DNA of 51,802 bases from an uncultured Gammaproteobacteria bacterium (GTDB lineage: Bacteria > Pseudomonadota > Gammaproteobacteria > Arenicellales > JAANXG01): the NCBI GenBank assembly GCA_945787105.1, contig CALZGZ010000040.1:1-51802 (forward strand), given 5' to 3'. Under the pieces are notes generated by a model that did no database searches, was not told where the DNA came from, and worked only from the letters and a program-made list of their open reading frames with translations. Every line of letters starts with the position of its first letter. The stretch's first letter is position 1. The translations under genes were made by a program, and so were the position numbers. This document shows positions 44,853 through 51,802 of this stretch, one piece after another.

Positions 44853-47009
44853 TCACAACAACTGGAGATTGGCGTAGGCCAACACCAACCACTTGCTGCC
44901 CACGGCCTCAAAATTGACTTGCACGCGGGTGTATTGTCCTCGACCTTCGATACTCAGCACCACACCATCGCCAAACTTCTGGTGGCGGACGTGGTCTCCC
45001 AGCCGCATACCGTTTTCAGTTTCGCCGTCAGTTGCGCGCACATCCGTGTCTAGTGAGGGTCGCATGGTAAAACCGCCGCGTACCTCTTCAATCAATTCGC
45101 GCGGGATCTCCCCGAGGAATCGAGACGGACTAGTATAGGCCTCGCGGCCGTGTAAACGACGTACCTCTGCATAGGTGATATACAGCTGGCGCATTGCGCG
45201 GGTCATGCCCACGTAACACAAGCGCCGTTCTTCCTCCAGACGTCCGGGCTCCTGTAACGAACGTTGGTGCGGAAACAGTCCCTCCTCCAAGCCGGTTAGG
45301 AACACAGATGAAAATTCCAGGCCTTTCGCCGAATGTAAGCTCATGAGTTGTACGCAGTCCTCCCATTCCTTGGCTTGGGTATCACCGGCCTCGAGTGCTG
45401 CGTGGGTAAGAAAGGCCGTCAGCGCGTCCATGTCATCCTCCGGATCGTGCTCAAAATTTCGCGCTGCGTTCACGAGTTCTTCCAGGTTCTCAACACGGGT
45501 CTCAGCCTTTTCGCCTTTTGCTTTACGGTAGTGATCAGTGAGTCCGCTTTGCTGCAGCATGATGTCCGTCTGGTCCACCAACGGTAGTCCATTGACCTGC
45601 GTGTTGATATCGTTAATCAGCGTTACGAAACGGGACAGCGCCTGCGTGCTGCGCGCCGTTAATTGGTGGCTATGGATCAAAGCCAACGCCGCATCCCACA
45701 TTGCCACCTGATTGGTGCGGGCGTATTCGCGTACGAGCTCCAGGGTCTTATTACCAATACCGCGGGTGGGGACATTGACTACACGCTCGAATGATGGGTC
45801 GTCCTGGCGGCTGGCCACCAAACGCAGATAGGCAAGGGCATCTTTGATCTCAGCGCGCTCGAAAAAGCGCAATCCACCATAGACCCGATAGGGCATGCCG
45901 ACGTCCAGCAATATTTCTTCGAACACCCGCGACTGGGCATTGGAACGATACAAGATTGCCGCCTCAGACCTACGCTGGCCAGTGTCTACCCAGGACTGGA
46001 TCCGGTCCACCACGAACCGCGCTTCGTCGACTTCGTTGAACGCCGCATACAGCCGCACCGGTTCGCCATCATCGCCTTCTGTCCACAGGCTTTTGCCCAA
46101 CCGTCCTTTGTTGTGATCAATCACCGCATTGGCCGCGGTGAGGATTGTGCTGGTAGAACGGTAGTTCTGTTCCAGCCGGAAAACCGTGGTTCCTGGAAAG
46201 TCCTTTTCGAACTGCAATATGTTTTCGATACGCGCCCCCCGCCACGCGTAGATGGACTGGTCATCGTCGCCGACCACAAAAATATTGCGGTGGTGCTGTG
46301 CCAACAATTTCAACCATTCGTACTGAATGGCGTTGGTGTCTTGGAACTCGTCCACGAGTATATGCTGAAAACGTTGCTGATAACGTGCCCGCAACAATTC
46401 GTTGTTGTGCAACAGTTCAAACGCTCGTAACAACAGTTCGGCAAAATCAACCAGCCCGAAGCGTTGGCACAATTCTTCGTAGGTCTGGTATATCTGCAAT
46501 AGCTGACGCTGTTGCGTATCGTGGGTCTCGGGGATGTGTTGTGGCCGACGGCCTTCTTCTTTGTGCCCGTTGATGAACCACTGGATCGATTTTGGCGGCC
46601 AATATCCTTCGTCCAAGTTCAGTTGTTTGAGCGTCCGGCGAATCATCCTCAGCTGATCATCAGTATCGAGTATTTGAAAACCCTGGGGCAACCCGGCGTC
46701 TCGCCAGTGGGCGCGCAGCAACCTATGGGCGATGCCGTGAAATGTCCCCATCCACATTCCGCTAACCGGATAGCCGAGGATTTCCTCGATGCGCCCGCGC
46801 ATCTCCTGGGCTGCTTTGTTGGTAAAAGTTACCGCCATGATCGACAGCGGCGATACCTGATGGACTTGAACCAGCCACGCCACACGATAGGTCAGTACCC
46901 GGGTTTTACCGCTCCCGGCACCTGCCAGTATCAGCAATGGCCCCGGCGATGAAGATACTGCGTCGCGCTGTGCCTCATTTAGCTGTTTAAAGATATGGGA
47001 GACATCCAT
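44853..47009 (-). CDS. uvrD: DNA helicase II
   Basis: MDVSHIFKQLNEAQRDAV...LAGAGSGKTRVLTYRVAWL closely parallels the E. coli UvrD N-terminus. ATG 47009 gives 718 aa. Confidence 0.95.
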   Translation of the reverse strand: MDVSHIFKQLNEAQRDAVSSSPGPLLILAGAGSGKTRVLTYRVAWLVQVHQVSPLSIMAVTFTNKAAQEMRGRIEEILGYPVSGMWMGTFHGIAHRLLRAHWRDAGLPQGFQILDTDDQLRMIRRTLKQLNLDEGYWPPKSIQWFINGHKEEGRRPQHIPETHDTQQRQLLQIYQTYEELCQRFGLVDFAELLLRAFELLHNNELLRARYQQRFQHILVDEFQDTNAIQYEWLKLLAQHHRNIFVVGDDDQSIYAWRGARIENILQFEKDFPGTTVFRLEQNYRSTSTILTAANAVIDHNKGRLGKSLWTEGDDGEPVRLYAAFNEVDEARFVVDRIQSWVDTGQRRSEAAILYRSNAQSRVFEEILLDVGMPYRVYGGLRFFERAEIKDALAYLRLVASRQDDPSFERVVNVPTRGIGNKTLELVREYARTNQVAMWDAALALIHSHQLTARSTQALSRFVTLINDINTQVNGLPLVDQTDIMLQQSGLTDHYRKAKGEKAETRVENLEELVNAARNFEHDPEDDMDALTAFLTHAALEAGDTQAKEWEDCVQLMSLHSAKGLEFSSVFLTGLEEGLFPHQRSLQEPGRLEEERRLCYVGMTRAMRQLYITYAEVRRLHGREAYTSPSRFLGEIPRELIEEVRGGFTMRPSLDTDVRATDGETENGMRLGDHVRHQKFGDGVVLSIEGRGQYTRVQVNFEAVGSKWLVLAYANLQLL

Positions 47010-47071
47010 GGCTAGCAACAATGTGTGCTCAACATAGCCGTCTACGGCGGTTGTATAGTGAAACGGGATGC

Positions 47072-48901
47072 CTACTCAACAGTCACTGATTTGGCCAGGT
47101 TCCGCGGTTTGTCGACATCGGTTCCTTTGATAACCGCGACATGATAGGCGAGCAGTTGCAGGGGAATGGTGTAGATAATCGGAGAAATGCAGTCGTCCAC
47201 CGGGGCAACTTCAAAAACGTGGCTGTCCTCGTCGCTGAGGATGCCGGACTGGGGGTCGGCAAAAACAAATAGTTTACCGCCCCGGGCGCGGACCTCTTGA
47301 ATATTCGACTTCAGTTTCTCCAGCAACTGGTTGTTCGGCGCCACCGCCACCACCGGCATATTACCGTCGACCAGGGCCAGGGGGCCATGTTTGAGTTCAC
47401 CTGCAGCATACCCTTCGGCGTGAATGTACGAGATTTCTTTGAGTTTTAAGGCCCCCTCCAGGGCCACCGGATAATGGGCGCCGCGGCCCAGAAACAGCAC
47501 ATGTTGTTTATCGGCAAACTGCCCGGCAATGCCGCGGATTTGTTCATCGAGCGCCAGCGCTTGATCGATCTTTGCCGGCAACGTGCGCAACTTACCAATC
47601 AGCCGTGCCTCATGCTCCGCGCGCAGCCCGTGGCGACGCGCTAACGCAATCGTTAACAGAATCAATGCGGTAAGTTGGGCGGTAAACGCCTTGGTGGAAG
47701 CGACACCGATTTCGGGCCCGGCATGGGTCATGAACGCAATATCCGATGCGCGCACCAAAGAACTCTCAGGGACATTACAAATCGTGAGTGAATGTTGATA
47801 ACCATTTTTTCGCGCGTATTCCAAAGCCGCCAAGGTATCCGCGGTCTCTCCGGATTGGGAGATCGTGACGAACAGCGTGTTGGGTCGCACGACCTGGGGG
47901 CGGTAACGAAACTCGCTGGCGATCTCGGCATCACACGCGACCCCCTGCCACGCCAGCCAGTACTTGGCGACCAACGCAGCATGATAACTGGTGCCACAGG
48001 CGACGATTTGCACTGAATCGGTGGCGTCGAATATATCAGTTGCTCGATGTCCAAACGACGCATCCAATAATCGTCCGCCGGTGATACGACCCTCCAGGGT
48101 GTCGGCCACCGCGCTGGGTTGTTCAAAAATCTCTTTGAGCATGAAGTGCCGGTATTCACCTAAGTTAACCGCATCCACGGTCAAGGCGGACTTGCGCACG
48201 CTACGTTCTACGCGCTTGCCACCGCGATCGTAGATCTGGACCCCGCCGCGGGTAATATCTGCCACGTCCCCATCTTCGAGCACAATGTAGTCCTGAGTCT
48301 CTGCCAGCAGGGCCGCGATGTCAGAGGCGATAAATGATTCTCCATCGCGTATACCGATCAGCAATGGCGGACCGTTGCGCGCCGCCAGTAGCCGCCCCGG
48401 TTCACGCGTGCTGATGACGCCTAAGCTGTATGCCCCCTCGAGCTGCGCGATGGCGGCCTGTACCGCCTGCAATAGATCTTTCCCCTGGTCCAGGTGACCG
48501 TAGATCTGGTGTACGACCACCTCGGTGTCGGTATCCGAGGTGAATTCAAAGCCGACTTCGCGTTGCTGTTGGCGTAATGTTTCGTGATTTTCGATAATGC
48601 CGTTGCACACGACGGCCACGGTCCCCCGACAGATATGCGGATGGGCGTTGCTCTCGGTGACGCCTCCATGTGTCGCCCAACGCGTATGCGCAATACCGGT
48701 CACCCCCGCGATCTGGTCGTGACTCAATGCGGGTGCCAATTCTTTAACCCGGCCGACCTTGCGTGTTCTTGCGAGATGCCCGCGGTCATCGATGACCGCG
48801 ACACCGGCGGAATCGTAGCCCCGGTATTCGAGCCGCCGCAGTCCTTCGAGTAGAACCGGCACCACATCACGACCCGCCACCGCTCCGACTATTCCGCACA
48901 T
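47072..48901 (-). CDS. glmS: Glutamine--fructose-6-phosphate aminotransferase
   Basis: ATG 48901 gives 609 aa starting MCGIVGAV (N-terminal nucleophile Cys) and ending KSVTVE. The ORF-track extension to 48970 is spurious. Confidence 0.97.
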   Translation of the reverse strand: MCGIVGAVAGRDVVPVLLEGLRRLEYRGYDSAGVAVIDDRGHLARTRKVGRVKELAPALSHDQIAGVTGIAHTRWATHGGVTESNAHPHICRGTVAVVCNGIIENHETLRQQQREVGFEFTSDTDTEVVVHQIYGHLDQGKDLLQAVQAAIAQLEGAYSLGVISTREPGRLLAARNGPPLLIGIRDGESFIASDIAALLAETQDYIVLEDGDVADITRGGVQIYDRGGKRVERSVRKSALTVDAVNLGEYRHFMLKEIFEQPSAVADTLEGRITGGRLLDASFGHRATDIFDATDSVQIVACGTSYHAALVAKYWLAWQGVACDAEIASEFRYRPQVVRPNTLFVTISQSGETADTLAALEYARKNGYQHSLTICNVPESSLVRASDIAFMTHAGPEIGVASTKAFTAQLTALILLTIALARRHGLRAEHEARLIGKLRTLPAKIDQALALDEQIRGIAGQFADKQHVLFLGRGAHYPVALEGALKLKEISYIHAEGYAAGELKHGPLALVDGNMPVVAVAPNNQLLEKLKSNIQEVRARGGKLFVFADPQSGILSDEDSHVFEVAPVDDCISPIIYTIPLQLLAYHVAVIKGTDVDKPRNLAKSVTVE

Positions 48902-48936
48902 ATCGAACACCCCATAGTAGTCAAGTGACGCCCCGG

Positions 48937-50307
48937 TTATCGCTTCGTGTCCTTGCGGGGGCGTCGCCACCCGGAAACATGCCGCTGCCGAGCCCTTGTT
49001 ACCGCAAGCGCTCGCTCGGGGACATCGCTGGTTATCGTGGACCCCGCACCTACGGTGGCACCTTGTCCGACTTTCACCGGCGCCACCAGCTGACTGTTGG
49101 AGCCTACGAACACATCGTCCCCAATCTCGGTACGGTGTTTACGCGCGCCATCGTAGTTGCATGTAATGACCCCGGCGCCGATGTTGGTATTTCGACCTAC
49201 GGTAGTGTCACCCACATAACTCAAATGGTTCACCTTTGCGCCTGCGCGAAGCTCACTATTTTTGATTTCGACAAAATTGCCGATGTGCACCCGCTCTTCA
49301 ATGACGACACCGGGACGAATACGGGCAAATGGGCCGATCCGCGCACCGGCGCCGAGGGTCGCCCGCTCGATGACACAGTTCGCAAGCACCACCACGTCGT
49401 CGCCTATTGTTGCGTTCCGGATCACGTTATTGGGGCCAATGCTGACACGATCGCCCAGCGCCACCGCGCCTTCCAGCACTACGTTGATGTCCAACACACA
49501 ATCACGCCCCGCGGTAACCTGGCCACGAATATCGAGCCGGCTGGGGTCGATGACCGTCACACCATGGTCCATCAGCGCCGCTGCCAAGCGGCGCTGATGG
49601 ACCCGCTCCAAGAGCGCAAGGTCTTGTCGGCTGTTTACGCCTAGCACTTCTTCCATTGTGGGAGCCGCCAGACCCTGGATCACAACGTTGTCTTGATTGG
49701 CTAACGCTGCCACATCAGTTAAATAATATTCCTTCTGGTCATTGTCATTGGTGACCCGCGCCAACCAGCGCCCCAGTGCCTGTACCGGCGCAACCAGGAT
49801 CCCCGTGTTGACCTCATTGATCGCGCGCTGATCGTCGGTGGCGTCCCGTTCTTCGACGATGCCCTCAATGCGTCCCTCACTGTCGCGCAGAATCCGCCCG
49901 TAACCGGTGGGATCCTCCACTATTGCGGTCAACAAAGACACGCCGCTGTGCCCGGCTCTGCTGATCAGGGTGCGCAGTGTTTCGCAACGCACCAGTGGCA
50001 CGTCCGCATACATCACCAATACCAACGCATCCCCGGATACCCCCGGCAATGCCTGTTGCACTGCGTGACCGGTACCGCGTTGCTCGGCCTGCACCACCCA
50101 ACGTACCGCGTCGCCGTCGCTCACCGCGCGCACCGACTCGTCGTCGTGGCTGCACACTACATGGACAGCGCGAGGGTTGAGCGCCATCGCCGTTTCGAGT
50201 ACGTGGTTGATAAGCGGCCTGCCCGCCAAGGTGTGCAATACCTTGGGCAGGTCGGATTGCATCCGCTTGCCCTTGCCGGCAGCGAGAACGATGACTTCGA
50301 GGCTCAT
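48937..50307 (-). CDS. glmU: Bifunctional UDP-GlcNAc pyrophosphorylase / GlcN-1-P acetyltransferase
   Basis: ATG 50307 gives 456 aa starting MSLEVIVLAAGKGKRM, with C-terminal left-handed beta-helix hexapeptide repeats. Confidence 0.96.
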   Translation of the reverse strand: MSLEVIVLAAGKGKRMQSDLPKVLHTLAGRPLINHVLETAMALNPRAVHVVCSHDDESVRAVSDGDAVRWVVQAEQRGTGHAVQQALPGVSGDALVLVMYADVPLVRCETLRTLISRAGHSGVSLLTAIVEDPTGYGRILRDSEGRIEGIVEERDATDDQRAINEVNTGILVAPVQALGRWLARVTNDNDQKEYYLTDVAALANQDNVVIQGLAAPTMEEVLGVNSRQDLALLERVHQRRLAAALMDHGVTVIDPSRLDIRGQVTAGRDCVLDINVVLEGAVALGDRVSIGPNNVIRNATIGDDVVVLANCVIERATLGAGARIGPFARIRPGVVIEERVHIGNFVEIKNSELRAGAKVNHLSYVGDTTVGRNTNIGAGVITCNYDGARKHRTEIGDDVFVGSNSQLVAPVKVGQGATVGAGSTITSDVPERALAVTRARQRHVSGWRRPRKDTKR

Positions 50308-50387
50308 TGGCGTGTGCGGTGGGTAACTGCTCGTCGCGGGCAAAACACTATACCACTAGGCGGGGATGAGTACAGACGATTTAGCGC

Positions 50388-50873
50388 CTACTGGACAGCC
50401 GACAGATCCGGATCGGCGTGCCCGGTTCTGAGTTCTTCTTCGCCGGCCTTGCGAATACCGACGACCGTGACCTCATAGGTCAGGGCCTTGCCCGCCAACG
50501 GATGGTTCGCGTCCACCGTCAACCGGCCATCCTCAATCTTGGTGACGCGGAGCTGGCGCCGATCGCCCTGTTCATTTTCTGCCTCGAACTCAGCACCGAC
50601 GTAACATAATTCATCTGGCACGTTGTCGAGCACATCGGTAAAGATCAAAGATGGGTCGTGCTCACCGAACGCCTCGTCTGCGCTCAGGTTGACCACCGCC
50701 CTATGGCCGACGGTTCGGCCTTCCAGGGCGCGCTCGATTGCCGGGAACAGCGGACTTTGCCCACCGTGAATATAGGCAACGGGCAGGTCACGGTACTCGC
50801 AGATCTCACCACTGTCGTCGCGGATCACGTAAGTAAATGACACTACCGTGTCGGTCTTGATGGTTGCTGACAT
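50388..50873 (-). CDS. slyD: FKBP-type peptidyl-prolyl cis-trans isomerase (SlyD-like)
   Basis: 161 aa. VVSFTYVIRDDSGE...YIHGGQSPLFPAIERALEGRTVG...FGEHDP is typical of SlyD/FkpB with an IF insert. Confidence 0.8.
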   Translation of the reverse strand: MSATIKTDTVVSFTYVIRDDSGEICEYRDLPVAYIHGGQSPLFPAIERALEGRTVGHRAVVNLSADEAFGEHDPSLIFTDVLDNVPDELCYVGAEFEAENEQGDRRQLRVTKIEDGRLTVDANHPLAGKALTYEVTVVGIRKAGEEELRTGHADPDLSAVQ

Positions 50874-50917
50874 CAGGAGTCTTCCGAGGCCCGTGAGTGC
50901 GCGCCGCGCCGGCGAGT

Positions 50918-51343
50918 CTAGCCCCGTCCTCGTTTGCGAAGTTTTTGAATAGCGCGCAGTTGAGCCGCCGCTTGTACCAGTTCGGCCTTGGCCTTGGCAT
51001 AATCCATCTCCGATTTACGGTCCTTCATCTCTTGTTCGGCCTGCTTCTGCGCTTCCAGCGCCGCAGCTTCGTCAAGGTCGGTGGCGCGTATCGCGGTATC
51101 CGCAAGCACGGTAACAACATGGGGCTGCACCTCCAATAAGCCACCGGAAACAAAAAAGAACAACTCTTCTCCCGCCGGGGTTTCGATTCGAATCTCACCC
51201 GGCCTGAGGCGGCTCAACAAAGGCGCATGACGAGGATAGATGCCGACCTCGCCCATTTCTGCAGGCGCATACACCACCGTTGCTGGTCCAGAGTGGATCT
51301 CTTCTTCGGCGCTGGCGATGTCTACGTGAATTGTCATTGCCAT
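50918..51343 (-). CDS. atpC: F0F1 ATP synthase subunit epsilon
   Basis: 141 aa starting [19 protein letters not shown], immediately downstream of atpD. Confidence 0.95.
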   Translation of the reverse strand: MAMTIHVDIASAEEEIHSGPATVVYAPAEMGEVGIYPRHAPLLSRLRPGEIRIETPAGEELFFFVSGGLLEVQPHVVTVLADTAIRATDLDEAAALEAQKQAEQEMKDRKSEMDYAKAKAELVQAAAQLRAIQKLRKRGRG

Positions 51344-51362
51344 CTGTTCCTTCCTCTCTCAA

Positions 51363-51802
<440 letters not shown>

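Noticed and set aside
47010-47071. Tn7-like insertion at attTn7 downstream of glmS.
   Set aside because: Only 62 bp separate the glmS stop from the uvrD start, so the site is unoccupied.
48925-49644. Long antisense ORFs opposite real genes. Examples are 239 aa at 48925..49644 opposite glmU, 229 aa at 29134..29823 opposite phoX, 204 aa at 31347..31961 opposite cc4, 183 aa at 39010..39561 opposite polA and 181 aa at 3993..4538 opposite aapM.
   Set aside because: The opposite strand carries a confidently identified gene in each case. The antisense translations are Arg/Pro/Gly-rich with no recognisable motifs. Long open antisense frames are expected in high-GC DNA.

Overview
This is a 51.8-kb stretch of a high-GC gammaproteobacterial chromosome with about 50 tightly packed protein genes. 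I found no rRNA, tRNA, CRISPR array, integrase, transposase, or recognisable phage or defence gene. The gene order is strikingly Pseudomonas-like: groEL | aapJQMP amino-acid ABC importer | O-methyltransferase | glnE-ilvE-waaF-waaC-(galE)-waaG/waaP-LPS kinase | GT39 | creatininase-pgi | rhlB / trxA-rho | rpmE | rubredoxin / thiD-thiE-hemL | phoX cluster-cc4 / engB | three secreted envelope proteins | polA / DUF2782 | membrane protein, small secreted protein and HDAC-like deacetylase | GGCT, degenerate GGDEF and uvrD | glmS-glmU-slyD-atpC-atpD. Most of this is core housekeeping. Six things go beyond ordinary annotation. (1) A MITE-like repeat family of about 277 bp has 22-bp terminal inverted repeats and an 88-nt hairpin-containing core. 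It occurs as three full-length and three internally deleted copies. One copy sits exactly in the aapM-aapP intercistronic spacer, and one supplies the stop codon and tail of a GGCT gene. (2) A single 679-aa ORF fuses the LPS core glucosyltransferase WaaG to the heptose kinase WaaP, in a core-LPS cluster that also carries an inserted galE and an AT-rich GT39 gene. (3) A Tat-signal PhoX phosphatase is translationally coupled to an unrecognisable upstream protein. (4) A translationally coupled trio encodes a membrane protein, a Cys-containing secreted protein and an HDAC-like deacetylase. (5) A degenerate GGDEF protein (DEDKF) retains an RxxD I-site. (6) An internally duplicated Sel1/SH3b protein lies in an envelope module between engB and polA. 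I did not find a convincing new multi-gene defence, secretion or toxin system. The best candidates for something undescribed are the repeat family and the WaaG-WaaP fusion. All family assignments come from motifs and remembered family sequences, not from database searches.
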